Origin: Candidatus Omnitrophota bacterium | Lineage (GTDB): Bacteria > Omnitrophota > Gorgyraeia > JABMRN01 > RBG-13-46-9 | Direction of reading: 5' to 3' | Length of the DNA: 64,000 bases | NCBI GenBank assembly: GCA_013203315.1 | Contig: JABMQJ010000020.1 | Coordinates: forward strand, 82,289 to 146,288 | Shown here: piece after piece, positions 1 to 9,579 of the stretch | Numbering within the stretch: the first letter of the stretch is position 1 | How the letters are laid out: the number at the start of each line of letters is the position of its first letter | The notes under the pieces: model-generated | What the model was told of the DNA's origin: nothing | The model's input: the letters and a program-made list of their open reading frames with translations, nothing else | The model's database searches: none | Position numbers and translations under genes: made by a program

Positions 1-792
1 TAATAGCGCCCTGCAACCATGATACTGCACGGATAGAAAGACATGAAAGATTTTAAGCAAAGAGAGATGGGGGTTATTGGCATGCGGAAAAGTCATATAA
101 CAAACGGCATAAATCGCCGGCCCGATTGACAACAGTAAACCCGTCTTCATCGTCCTTTCTATGACACTGCGCCATTTAACGGATTCTTTCAAAGATAAAA
201 TCATTTCAAATACCGTTATTAAAATAATGCTTGATATAAATGAAGGGTGGCTTAAGCATACAAAAAATAGCAGAAAATTCAATGCTAAAATTGAAAAAAA
301 TCTGCTCCTAAAACATGTTTGCCGCCTAAAGTTAAGAAAAAGAAGACTTATAAGAAGAAAAAGCAGAAGATGTAACGGCTGTGAGAGCCCCACAATATAG
401 ATCGACTCATAGGTTATTGGCATAACCAAGAATACTGAAGCAATTAATATGGAAATACTATAAGGTATTTTTATCCTGTATAATAATATCCAGAAAAAGT
501 AGGCAGCCATGAAATGGAAAAACGCTATTATAAACTTGTGGAGAGGCGTTCCCAGTCTGTAAGCAAACCAGAGATAAACAGGGTCTAATGGGCGTGCAAA
601 ATATCCGATTCCAGTATGAAGCGACCTATCGAAAACAGTTTTTTTAAAAGCATCGGAAAAAGAATCGTTATCTAACATTTTATATGAATAGGGGATATCG
701 TCAGCAAAATAAGGGGTTTTGTAACTCCACATTCCCCAGGCACAAAACCATATAGCAAGCATTCCTATGAAAACTATAAAGCATTTCTTCAT
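1..792 (-). CDS. Polytopic membrane protein, probable GT-C-fold glycosyltransferase (partial, runs off the window)
   Basis: Not in the ORF track. Manual translation from ATG at 792 is open to position 1: MKKCFIVFIGMLAIWFCAWGMWSYKTPYFADDIPYSY...GYFARPLDPVYLW...MPITYESIY. First TM helix followed by an acidic DD pair, an RPL motif and many hydrophobic segments, as in GT-C enzymes. Confidence 0.65.
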   Translation of the reverse strand, partial: MKKCFIVFIGMLAIWFCAWGMWSYKTPYFADDIPYSYKMLDNDSFSDAFKKTVFDRSLHTGIGYFARPLDPVYLWFAYRLGTPLHKFIIAFFHFMAAYFFWILLYRIKIPYSISILIASVFLVMPITYESIYIVGLSQPLHLLLFLLISLLFLNFRRQTCFRSRFFSILALNFLLFFVCLSHPSFISSIILITVFEMILSLKESVKWRSVIERTMKTGLLLSIGPAIYAVCYMTFPHANNPHLSLLKIFHVFLSVQYHGCRALL

Positions 793-801
793 TTATTTAA
801 G

Positions 802-879
802 TGGTAGCCCCAACGGGATTCGAACCCGTGTCTTCAGAATGAGAATCTGATGTCCTAGACCGGACTAGACGATGGGGCC
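802..879 (-). tRNA. tRNA-Glu(CTC)
   Basis: Cloverleaf; anticodon arm TCAGA-TT CTC AT-TCTGA, T-arm GGTTCGAATCC, encoded CCA. Confidence 0.96.
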
Positions 880-890
880 ATGATTAAAAA

Positions 891-977
891 TGGTGCGAGG
901 AGGGGGATTCGAACCCCCAAGAGCTTGCGCCCACCAGCCCCTCAAGCTGGCGTGTCTGCCAGTTTCACCATCCTCGC
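891..977 (-). tRNA. tRNA-Leu(GAG)
   Basis: Anticodon arm CCAGC-TT GAG GG-GCTGG, long variable arm, encoded CCA. Confidence 0.96.
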
Positions 978-1005
978 ATGTAGCTTGTTATTCTATCCTA
1001 TTATT

Positions 1006-2676
1006 TTATTTTTTCAATAGAATTTTCTTCCACGTATCGCGCAAAGATACTATTCTATTAAATATTAGATTTTTATCGGAAGAGTCGACGCTGTCGACGC
1101 AAAAATAACCTTGTCGTTCGAATTGATAACGGCTGCCGGGTTTTGCATTTTTAAGACCAGGCTCCAATTGACACGATTGCAATACAATTAAAGAGTTTGG
1201 GTTTAAATTTGATATAAAATCTTTTCCTTCTTCTGCTTCCTCCGGATCCCGCTTTGTAAAAAGCGTATCGTATAAGCGTACTTCAGCACTTACGGCATCT
1301 TGCGCTGAAACCCAATGAAGCGTTGCTTTGACTTTACGGCCATCGGGGGAATTGCCGCCCTTTGTAGCGGGGTCATACGTACAATGCAACTCGGTTACCT
1401 TGCCTGTTTTTTTATCCTTGATTACTTTTTCGCACTTAATGAAATACGCGTATCGCAGGCGTACTTCCTTGCCCGGAGATAAGCGGTAGAACTTCTTCGG
1501 CGGATCTTCCCGGAAGTCATCTTCTTCAATATAAAGTTCTTTCGAAAAAGGAACTTTTCTCGTCGAGGCGGACGGGTCTTCCGGATTGTTTATAGCGTCC
1601 AGTTCTTCTTTTTTGTTTTCCGGATAATTTGTAATTACTACTTTTAGCGGTTTTAAAACTGCCATAACGCGCTGAGATTTTTTATTTAGTTCCTCACGTA
1701 TACTATTCTCGAGCACGACAAGATCTATAATGCTGTCAACTTTTGCGACACCTATGTGATCGCAGAAATTTCTTATGGATTCCGGGGTGTATCCGCGTCT
1801 TCGTAAGCCACCGAGCGTCGGCATTCGCGGGTCATCCCAGCCGCTCACGTATTTTTTCTTTATGAGATCCAGGAGTTTTCGTTTGCTCAAAATCGTATGG
1901 CTGATATTAAGCCTCGCGAACTCTATTTGCTGGGGATGATGCGCTCCGAGTTCATTAAGAATCCGGTCATACAGCGGCCTGTGCACGTCAAACTCTAAGG
2001 TACAAAGTGAATGCGTTATTCCTTCGATGGAGTCGGATAAACAATGCGTAAAATCATAAGTAGGATAAATGCACCATTTGTCGCCTGTTCTATAATGTGA
2101 TTTTTTTCTAATACGATAAAGAATCGGGTCGCGCATAAGCATGTTTGGAGACGCCATGTCGATTTTTGCGCGCAGTACCCGAGAACCGTTTTCAAATTCT
2201 CCTTTTTTCATGCGGCTAAATAAATCTAGATTTTCGTCGACCGTACGGTTCCGGTAGGGGCTATTTTTCCCGGGTTCTTTTACCGTACCGCGATATTTCC
2301 TGATTTCTTCAAGGTTTAGATCGCAAACATAGGCTTTTTCTTTGTTAATTAATTCGACTGCATAGCCGTAGAGTTTTTCGAAATAGTCGGATGCGAAGTA
2401 CAGGCGATTTCCCCAATCAAATCCAAGCCATTTTACGTCTTCTTGAATTGACTTTACATATTCTATATTCTCTGTTTCGGGGTTTGTGTCGTCGAAACGT
2501 AGGTTGCAAAGACCCTTATAGTCTTTTGCAATACCAAAACTAATGCAGATTGCCTTGGCGTGTCCTATGTGAAGATACCCGTTCGGTTCAGGCGGAAACC
2601 GGGTGTGAATCCGGCTTTCGTTTTTGTTAGCCTCTAAGTCTTTATCGATGATTTCACGAATGAAATTTGTGGTCAT
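1006..2676 (-). CDS. glnS: Glutamine--tRNA ligase
   Basis: [49 protein letters not shown] motifs; 556 aa. Confidence 0.96.
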   Translation of the reverse strand: MTTNFIREIIDKDLEANKNESRIHTRFPPEPNGYLHIGHAKAICISFGIAKDYKGLCNLRFDDTNPETENIEYVKSIQEDVKWLGFDWGNRLYFASDYFEKLYGYAVELINKEKAYVCDLNLEEIRKYRGTVKEPGKNSPYRNRTVDENLDLFSRMKKGEFENGSRVLRAKIDMASPNMLMRDPILYRIRKKSHYRTGDKWCIYPTYDFTHCLSDSIEGITHSLCTLEFDVHRPLYDRILNELGAHHPQQIEFARLNISHTILSKRKLLDLIKKKYVSGWDDPRMPTLGGLRRRGYTPESIRNFCDHIGVAKVDSIIDLVVLENSIREELNKKSQRVMAVLKPLKVVITNYPENKKEELDAINNPEDPSASTRKVPFSKELYIEEDDFREDPPKKFYRLSPGKEVRLRYAYFIKCEKVIKDKKTGKVTELHCTYDPATKGGNSPDGRKVKATLHWVSAQDAVSAEVRLYDTLFTKRDPEEAEEGKDFISNLNPNSLIVLQSCQLEPGLKNAKPGSRYQFERQGYFCVDSVDSSDKNLIFNRIVSLRDTWKKILLKK

Positions 2677-2681
2677 ATGTT

Positions 2682-2755
2682 TGGTTGCCCAGCTAGGATT
2701 CGAACCTAGGCAAACTGCTCCAGAGGCAGTTGTGCTACCGTTACACCACCGGGCA
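2682..2755 (-). tRNA. tRNA-Gln(CTG)
   Basis: T1-A72 acceptor, anticodon arm ACTGC-CT CTG GA-GCAGT, encoded CCA. Confidence 0.95.
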
Positions 2756-2758
2756 CTA

Positions 2759-4048
2759 TTATTTCAAAACTTTTGTCAGTCTTTCAGTTACCTTACTCTT
2801 ACCAAGAAGTTCCATCATTTCGAATAGTCCGGCGCCGCGAGTCATTCCGCTTATCGCGACCCTTGTCGGATGAATGACAGCGGCCGGTTTCAGGCCGTAT
2901 TTCTCAGCGGTGCTTCTACAGAGTTTCTCAATTTCTTCTTTGTTATAATTTTGCAGTTTTTGAAGTTCGTCTTTAAATTCTGAAAGCGCTTTTTTTGTTT
3001 CGGTGTCTTTTAAGTGTTTATCGAGCTTCTTTTGCGCTTTTTCGTCCATAGGAAAATCATCCGTAAAGAAACATTTTGTAAGTTCTTCGAATTCATCGAA
3101 TGTGCGGAATCTTGTTTTATAAAGTTCCACTATCTTTTCAAGCTGTGCTGCACTGATGTCACTTTTTATTTTTCCCGCGTTTTTTAATAGGGCCAGTAAA
3201 TCCTTTGTGCTCTTATTTCTAATGTATTCGCCGTTAATCCATTTCAGTTTATCTACGTCAAATTTCGCTTGGACATTGCCGAGATCCTCTACTGTAAATA
3301 GTTTAGCGGCTTCCACGGAAGTTATAATTTCTTTGCCCTCGCCGGGGGACCAGCCAAGCAGCAAAAGATAGTTTGCCATGGCCTCGGGTAAAAAACCTTC
3401 ATTCCTATATTCGGAAACTGCCACGGCGCCGTGCCGCTTGGAAAGCTTGGATCCGTCTTTACCCATCATAAGGGGCATGTGCGCGAACTTTGGTAGTTCG
3501 AGATTTAAGGCCTTATAAAACAATACCTGTTTAGGGGTGTTTGATACGTGGTCATCGCCCCTTATTATATGCGTTATGCCCATTTCGTGGTCGTCTATAA
3601 CACACGCGAAATTGTATGCCGCGAGTCCGTTTGATTTTATTAAAACCTGGTCTTTTATTTCGTCGGTATTAAAAATTATTTCTCCGTGCACTATGTCGTC
3701 TATTTTAATCTCGTGTGATTTTTCGACTTTAAATATAATCGCCTCGCCTTCTTTGTAGGCAAGACCCTTATCGAGAAGTTTTAAGGCGTACTCTTTATAG
3801 GTAGAGACGCGCTGGGATTGATAAATCGGTCCTTCGTCCCAATTTATACCGAGCCATTTAAGGTCATCTAATATTTCGTCTAAAAATTCTTTTTTTGAGC
3901 GCTCTTTATCAGTATCCTCTATACGGAGTATGAGCTTTCCGCCGGTATGCCTGGCATAAAGCCAGTTAAATAGGGCAGTTCTCGCGCTTCCTAAGTGTAG
4001 AAAACCTGTAGGGCTTGGGGCGAATCGAACGCGAACTTGGTTTTTCAT
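2759..4048 (-). CDS. gltX: Glutamate--tRNA ligase (short form)
   Basis: [33 protein letters not shown] motifs plus helical anticodon-binding domain; 429 aa. Confidence 0.95.
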   Translation of the reverse strand: MKNQVRVRFAPSPTGFLHLGSARTALFNWLYARHTGGKLILRIEDTDKERSKKEFLDEILDDLKWLGINWDEGPIYQSQRVSTYKEYALKLLDKGLAYKEGEAIIFKVEKSHEIKIDDIVHGEIIFNTDEIKDQVLIKSNGLAAYNFACVIDDHEMGITHIIRGDDHVSNTPKQVLFYKALNLELPKFAHMPLMMGKDGSKLSKRHGAVAVSEYRNEGFLPEAMANYLLLLGWSPGEGKEIITSVEAAKLFTVEDLGNVQAKFDVDKLKWINGEYIRNKSTKDLLALLKNAGKIKSDISAAQLEKIVELYKTRFRTFDEFEELTKCFFTDDFPMDEKAQKKLDKHLKDTETKKALSEFKDELQKLQNYNKEEIEKLCRSTAEKYGLKPAAVIHPTRVAISGMTRGAGLFEMMELLGKSKVTERLTKVLK

Positions 4049-4587
4049 ACAGAATCGTAGCCTAATTTTATCGCTTTTTTATTAATGGCAATCAGGTCTT
4101 TTTTTGACGGCAGCATTTTTGGTAATTCATCCAACACGTTTTTTAAAGGAAATAGTTTTTTTAATTTAATAAAAGCACCTACGGCAATCATATTCGCGAC
4201 TTTAACGTTGCCTAGTTCGGAGGCAAGCTCCGTAAGCGGAATAGCTACGATTCTTACCGACCTTTTCTCTATAATCTGGTCTACCATGGAAGTGTTAACT
4301 ATCAAAAGCCCGCCTTTTTCTATTCTTTCCATGAATTTAATCAGTGACGGCTTGTTCATAACAATGCAGGTGGTGGGTTTTAAAATCGTGGGGGCAGCAA
4401 TTTTCCCGCAGCTTATGTGTACCATTGAATGAGCCGTTCCGCCTCTTACCTCGGCGCCATACGAAGGGAGCCACGTCACGGTATAGCCTTCCCTCATGCC
4501 GGCTTCCGCAAGGAGCTTGCCCATAAGCATTATTCCCTGCCCACCAAAACCGGCGCATATTATTTTTTCATGCATTTTTTTATTCAT
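4045..4587 (-). CDS. 2-oxoacid:ferredoxin oxidoreductase gamma subunit
   Basis: AGFGGQG and PSYGAEVRGG motifs. Confidence 0.93.
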   Translation of the reverse strand: MNKKMHEKIICAGFGGQGIMLMGKLLAEAGMREGYTVTWLPSYGAEVRGGTAHSMVHISCGKIAAPTILKPTTCIVMNKPSLIKFMERIEKGGLLIVNTSMVDQIIEKRSVRIVAIPLTELASELGNVKVANMIAVGAFIKLKKLFPLKNVLDELPKMLPSKKDLIAINKKAIKLGYDSV

Positions 4588-4616
4588 ATAACTCGCCTGA
4601 TACCGCTATTTGCGCA

Positions 4617-5351
4617 TTACCCCTTAAGAACGCCTAAAGGGTATACTTTCTGTATGTCTTTCTCTATCCTCTTGCACGAATCTTCAGGTGACATTCCCCA
4701 GTATGTAGGGCACATCGAAAGAACCTCAACCATGGAAAAGCCTTCGTTTTTAATTTGAATTTCGAACGCTTTTTTTATGGCTCTTTTTGTTCTTAAAATT
4801 TCTTTAGGGCTGGAGACCGCTGTTCGCTCGATATATTTCGCGCCTTCTAATATAGCAATCATTTCGGAAATTTTTAAAGGGAAGCCGTCTCTTTTCAGGT
4901 CTCTTCCTTTTTTTGTTGTAGTTGTCCTTTGCCCGACTATTGTCGTGGGCGCCATTTGGCCGCCCGTCATGCCGTAGACCCCGTTATTTACGAAAATTAC
5001 CGTAATGTTTTCTCCTCTGTTTGCTGCATGAATGGTCTCTGCGGTTCCTATCGCGGCTAAGTCTCCGTCGCCCTGGTAGGTAAAAACGACCTTTTCGGGG
5101 TAAACTCTTTTTATACCCGTTGCGACAGCCGGCGTTCTCCCGTGCGCAGCTTCTGTGGTATCAAAATTCCAGTAGTCATATGCGATAACAGCGCATCCTA
5201 CCGGCGCAACGGCGATTACTTTCTCTCTTATGCCGAGTTCGTCTATTACTTCGCACACTAACCTATGAATAATGCCGTGGCCGCATCCCGCGCAATAGTG
5301 CGTTAAGGCGTCTTTCATTGAATTTGGTTTTTTAAAAATTATTTTTTCCAT
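4617..5351 (-). CDS. 2-oxoacid:ferredoxin oxidoreductase beta subunit (ThDP-binding)
   Basis: HYCAGCGHG, APVGC, YQGDGD...NNGVYGMTGGQ, CPT motifs. Confidence 0.93.
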   Translation of the reverse strand: MEKIIFKKPNSMKDALTHYCAGCGHGIIHRLVCEVIDELGIREKVIAVAPVGCAVIAYDYWNFDTTEAAHGRTPAVATGIKRVYPEKVVFTYQGDGDLAAIGTAETIHAANRGENITVIFVNNGVYGMTGGQMAPTTIVGQRTTTTKKGRDLKRDGFPLKISEMIAILEGAKYIERTAVSSPKEILRTKRAIKKAFEIQIKNEGFSMVEVLSMCPTYWGMSPEDSCKRIEKDIQKVYPLGVLKG

Positions 5352-5353
5352 TT

Positions 5354-6412
5354 TTATTTAAGGCTTAAAGCTTTCTCCATAATTTCTTCTTCGCTCGGAA
5401 TGCCGCCGCCTGTCCTGCCGTAAAAAGATACTTTTTTATCGTTTTGCACGGCCAGCCGAACGTCTTCTACCATCTGGCCGGTGCTCATTTCAACGACCAA
5501 AAATTTTGTGCTGCCGGTACCGAGCTTTCTTAACGCTTTATACGGAAAAGGCCAAAGGCTTATGGGCCGGAATAATCCTGCTTTTATTTTCTTCTCTCTT
5601 AATCGATCCACACAGGCCTTGGCAATGCGACCTGATGTACCGTAAGCGGCGATTATTATTTTGGCATCCTCTGTTTTATATTGTTCCAATCGTGTTTCGT
5701 TCTTTTTTATTAATTCATATTTCTTTTGCAATCTCCTGTTAAGATCTTCTAATTCTCCGTCTTTCAAAAGTAAGGATCTTATCTTATTGGGCTTTCTTCC
5801 CTTACAACCTGTCAATGCCCAGGGTTTAGATTTTTGTTTTTTAGCTCTGGATTTTTGGTTTATTTCCACAGCTTCCATCATCTGCCCGAGTATTCCGTCG
5901 CCCAATATAATGACGGGGCTTCTGTACTTATCCGCTATATCAAAAGCTGTCCGGGTAAGATCCATCATTTCCTGGCATGAGGCGGGCGCCAAAACCGTGC
6001 AATGATAATCCCCGTGGCCTCCGCCCTTTGTGGCTTGAAAATAATCCGCTTGGCTTGGGGCAATGTTGCCGAGGCCGGGGCCCCCTCTCATAATATTGAC
6101 AATAACAGCTGGGAGTTCGCATCCTGCAAGGTAGGAAATGCCTTCCTGTTTCAGGCTTATCCCGGGGCTTGAAGACGTGGTAATTGCTCTTGCGCCCGCT
6201 ACCGATGCGCCAAAGACCATGTTTATGGCCGCAAGCTCACTTTCGGCCTGTATGAAAACACCTCCCGTTTCATCCATGCGCTTAGACATATAAGCGGTCA
6301 ATTCATTCTGCGGCGTAATCGGATACCCGGCATAAAATCGGCACCCGGCCTGGATGGCCCCTTCGCCGCAGGCTTCGTTACCGGTTATTAATATACGATT
6401 TTTTGTTTTCAT
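5354..6412 (-). CDS. 2-oxoacid:ferredoxin oxidoreductase alpha subunit (VorB-like, 3-methyl-2-oxobutanoate dehydrogenase type)
   Basis: GNEA, YAGYPITPQ, QAESE, SSSPGISLKQE, RGGPGLG motifs. Start moved to ATG 6412, which overlaps the upstream stop (ATGA). Confidence 0.92.
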   Translation of the reverse strand: MKTKNRILITGNEACGEGAIQAGCRFYAGYPITPQNELTAYMSKRMDETGGVFIQAESELAAINMVFGASVAGARAITTSSSPGISLKQEGISYLAGCELPAVIVNIMRGGPGLGNIAPSQADYFQATKGGGHGDYHCTVLAPASCQEMMDLTRTAFDIADKYRSPVIILGDGILGQMMEAVEINQKSRAKKQKSKPWALTGCKGRKPNKIRSLLLKDGELEDLNRRLQKKYELIKKNETRLEQYKTEDAKIIIAAYGTSGRIAKACVDRLREKKIKAGLFRPISLWPFPYKALRKLGTGSTKFLVVEMSTGQMVEDVRLAVQNDKKVSFYGRTGGGIPSEEEIMEKALSLK

Positions 6413-6615
6413 CTCCATACCTCGATGCATACGTCGGGACAAATTATTGCGCACATGGCGCAGCCCGTGCATTTTTTGTTCTTTTCTTTAAATTCCACGC
6501 AATGAATGCCGCGTTTGTTCAGTTTTTTAGAGCGGACGATAAGTCCATTCGAACAAACTGACAAGCAAAGCATGCATCCTTTACATTTTTCTTTATCTAT
6601 TTTTATTTTTGCCAT
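6409..6615 (-). CDS. 2x[4Fe-4S] ferredoxin, oxidoreductase delta subunit
   Basis: CKGCMLCLSVC and CTGCAMCAIICP motifs; first gene of the oxidoreductase cluster. Confidence 0.93.
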   Translation of the reverse strand: MAKIKIDKEKCKGCMLCLSVCSNGLIVRSKKLNKRGIHCVEFKEKNKKCTGCAMCAIICPDVCIEVWR

Positions 6616-8495
6616 GTTTTTTTCTCAAAGAATTCATTTTTTATCGTTTCGCAAATCTCATCCGCTGTAAGATGATATTCTTTTAGCAATTCTTCTCTTT
6701 TCCCGTGCGCGATAAACTGATCCGGAAGGCCGAGTCTCTCTATTTTTACATTTTCTATGTTTTCTCTCTCGAAAAACTCAAGGACCACACTGCCAAAACC
6801 TCCCGTTGCGACGCCCTCCTCAAGTGTTACTACTTTTTTTATCTCTTTTGTCAGGTTTTCGATTATTTCTTTATCCAGCGGTTTTACAAACCTTGCGTTT
6901 ACAACCGTAGCCTCTATTCCATCGGCAGATAAAAGATCTGCTGCTTTTACCGCAACTGAAACCATGCTGCCTATAGCAAAAATCGCTATGTCGCGCCCTT
7001 TTCTTAAGGTTTGTGATTTGCCTAATTCAATTTTTTCAAAACTTGACCCGGAAAGGTGCGACTGGGCGCTCCCTTTTGGATACCTGATCGCTACGGGTGA
7101 GTCTAAATTAACAGCGAACTCAAGCATTGCTCCTAGCTCAAGACCGTCCCTCGGCGCCATGACCACAAGGTTCGGAATGTGGCGCAGGTATGCGATATCA
7201 AACACGCCATGATGTGTCGGGCCGTCTTCTCCTGCCAACCCTGCCCGGTCAAGACAAAACACAACGGGTAAATTCTGCAGGCTCACGTCATGTATTATCT
7301 GATCGTAACCCCTCTGCAAAAATGTGGAATAAATGGCTACGATCGGTCTCAAGCCCTGATGCGCTAACCCGGCACTGAAAGCAACCGCGTGTTCTTCCGC
7401 TATGCCCACATCAAAGAATCTATTGGGGAATTCCCTGGAAAATTTTGCAAGCCCTGTTCCGTCCGGCATGGCGGCTGTTATCGCCACTATTCTTTTATCT
7501 TTCCTGGCAAGTTCTACTATTCTATCGGAAAATATCTCTGTAAAACTTTTCGGTCCCTCTTTAGCTAAGGCCTTGCCCGACTTGGCGTCGAAAGGTGGCG
7601 TACCATGAAAAAGACTGGGTTTTTCTTCGGAGAATTTGTAGCCCTTACCCTTTTTGGTAACTACGTGCACAACTATGGGCTCCCGCAAAGACGCAATATT
7701 GCGAAACATCGTGATTAATTCGTTTATGTCGTGGCCATTTATGGGGCCGAAATACCTGAAACCTAATCCCTCAAAAAACATTCCCGGAATCAGCAAATTC
7801 TTTAACGATTCTTCCAGCTTTCTCGCGGCCCTGAAAGTCTTAAAACCGAATATTGGAATCCGCTTAACCAGAATTTGCATCTGGCGCCGCACTTTGTTAT
7901 AGACTGGGTTTGCTAAAATCCTGTTTAAATGCCTGCTTAAAGCGCCCACGCTCCTTGAGATAGAAAGTTCGTTGTCGTTTAAGATAACTATGATATCCTT
8001 TTTCATATGCCCGGCGTGATTAAGCCCTTCCAGCGCCATACCGTTAGCCAGAGACGCGTCTCCTATAACTGCGATCGCCTTCCACGTTTCGTTTTTCAGG
8101 TCTCTGGCGCAGGCAAGGCCGAGCGCCGTAGATATGGAGGTTGAGCTGTGCCCGCAAGTAAATGTATCGTATTTACTCTCCGTGCGGGAAGGAAAACCGC
8201 TTATGCCGCCCAGCTGCCTTAGCGTATCGAAAGCCTTAGCCCTTCCTGTCAGTATCTTGTGGGGATAGGCTTGGTGTCCTACGTCCCAGATGATTTTGTC
8301 TTTTGGCATATTGAAACAATAATGCAGGGAAATAGCAAGTTCCACCGCCCCAAGGCTTGACGCGAGGTGGCCGCCTCTTTTAGAGACAACATCGATGATT
8401 TTTTCTCGTATCTCGCCGGCTAAAAGCGGTAAATCTTTGATCGGTACTTCTTTTAGGTCATCCGGTGAATTGATTTTGTTGATCAGATTTCCCAT
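6603..8495 (-). CDS. dxs: 1-deoxy-D-xylulose-5-phosphate synthase
   Basis: GGHLASSLG, WDVGHQAY, GHSSTSIS, DVGIAEEHA, DRAGLAGEDGPTH. Confidence 0.97.
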   Translation of the reverse strand: MGNLINKINSPDDLKEVPIKDLPLLAGEIREKIIDVVSKRGGHLASSLGAVELAISLHYCFNMPKDKIIWDVGHQAYPHKILTGRAKAFDTLRQLGGISGFPSRTESKYDTFTCGHSSTSISTALGLACARDLKNETWKAIAVIGDASLANGMALEGLNHAGHMKKDIIVILNDNELSISRSVGALSRHLNRILANPVYNKVRRQMQILVKRIPIFGFKTFRAARKLEESLKNLLIPGMFFEGLGFRYFGPINGHDINELITMFRNIASLREPIVVHVVTKKGKGYKFSEEKPSLFHGTPPFDAKSGKALAKEGPKSFTEIFSDRIVELARKDKRIVAITAAMPDGTGLAKFSREFPNRFFDVGIAEEHAVAFSAGLAHQGLRPIVAIYSTFLQRGYDQIIHDVSLQNLPVVFCLDRAGLAGEDGPTHHGVFDIAYLRHIPNLVVMAPRDGLELGAMLEFAVNLDSPVAIRYPKGSAQSHLSGSSFEKIELGKSQTLRKGRDIAIFAIGSMVSVAVKAADLLSADGIEATVVNARFVKPLDKEIIENLTKEIKKVVTLEEGVATGGFGSVVLEFFERENIENVKIERLGLPDQFIAHGKREELLKEYHLTADEICETIKNEFFEKKTWQK

Positions 8496-9313
8496 ATTTT
8501 TTCCAATACTCTATCTGCCATGTAGCTCAATGTAGCTGCCTTTTTCCCGAAAGGCGCGATATGACCTTTTGCTTTTGAAATAAAAAATTCCGTTTTCTTT
8601 TTCATTTTACCCAGCGCGTGGGAATTGTGTTGTAAATCTACGATGTCATCGGCAACCTGAAAAGCGAGCCCTAAACTTATACCGAATTCGTGTATTTTTT
8701 TCGTGTCTTTTGTTTTAGCCCCGGCTGCCAACGCCCCCACCTTACACGCGCATCCCATGAGCGCTGCTGTTTTCATGTTGTCAATTTTGGTTTTGAGCTT
8801 TTTATTTTTCTTGGGCCCGTTTTCATATTCCAAATCGAGCGCCTGGCCCCCTACCATGTTTCCTGCGCCTATGGCTTCTGAAACGAAAGAAGCTACTTTG
8901 AGGGCGCAATTTTCTTTTGATTCCGAGATTATCCCGAAAGCAAGGTTGAGAAGCGCATCCCCCGTTAGTATCGCCATGGCCTCTCCGAATCTTTTGTGGC
9001 ACGTAGGCTTTCCTCTTCTGAAATCGTCGTTATCCATGGCCGGCAGGTCATCATGAACAAGAGAGAAATTATGTATCAGCTCTATGGCGCAGGCAAACGG
9101 CAGGGCTTTTTTTAAATTGCCGCCTAAAGCCTTGCAGCTTTCTACCGTCAATACCGGCCTTAGTCTTTTACCGCCTGTAAAAACGGAATACTCCATGGCC
9201 TTTTTTAAAATACGCGGTCCTTTGAGCGCGCTCAAATATTTTTTTAAGGCGTGATCTATGAGCGCTTTATCGCGCTTATAGCCTTCTTTATTCTTTTTGC
9301 CCCTCGGCTTCAC
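8483..9313 (-). CDS. ispA: Farnesyl/geranyl diphosphate synthase
   Basis: GGKRLRP, HDDLPAMDNDDFRRG, FQVADD; xseB-ispA-dxs synteny. Start uncertain; GTG 9313 chosen for a GGGAG 6 nt upstream (alternative TTG 9343). Confidence 0.9.
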   Translation of the reverse strand: MKPRGKKNKEGYKRDKALIDHALKKYLSALKGPRILKKAMEYSVFTGGKRLRPVLTVESCKALGGNLKKALPFACAIELIHNFSLVHDDLPAMDNDDFRRGKPTCHKRFGEAMAILTGDALLNLAFGIISESKENCALKVASFVSEAIGAGNMVGGQALDLEYENGPKKNKKLKTKIDNMKTAALMGCACKVGALAAGAKTKDTKKIHEFGISLGLAFQVADDIVDLQHNSHALGKMKKKTEFFISKAKGHIAPFGKKAATLSYMADRVLEKIWEI

Positions 9314-9329
9314 CCGGAACTCCCTTCGA

Positions 9330-9566
9330 TCACTTTTTCGCAATTTCTTCTCCGAACGGTTCTGTTTTAATTTTTCCGTTTTTTGTTTTGACTAAGATCT
9401 CGATTTTTTTCTTGGCTTGTTCAAGCTTTTTCCTGCAAGTCACCAGAAGCCCGACACCTTCTTCGTATTTCGCCAGGGACTTATCGAGCGAGAGCTCTCC
9501 GCCTTCGAGTTCTTCGACAATATCTTCTAGTTTTTTAAGTGCTTCTTCAAATTTTATTTCTGCCAT
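9330..9566 (-). CDS. xseB: Exodeoxyribonuclease VII small subunit
   Basis: FEEALKKLEDIVEELEGGELSLD...YEEG pattern, next to xseA. Confidence 0.95.
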   Translation of the reverse strand: MAEIKFEEALKKLEDIVEELEGGELSLDKSLAKYEEGVGLLVTCRKKLEQAKKKIEILVKTKNGKIKTEPFGEEIAKK

Positions 9567-9579
9567 GGTTCCCCCACTA

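Noticed and set aside
161-400. 79-aa plus-strand ORF
   Set aside because: Antisense shadow of the longer membrane-protein frame at 1-792.
890-1108. 72-aa ORF, and the similar ORF at 2624-2827
   Set aside because: Antisense translations of tRNA-Leu and tRNA-Gln.
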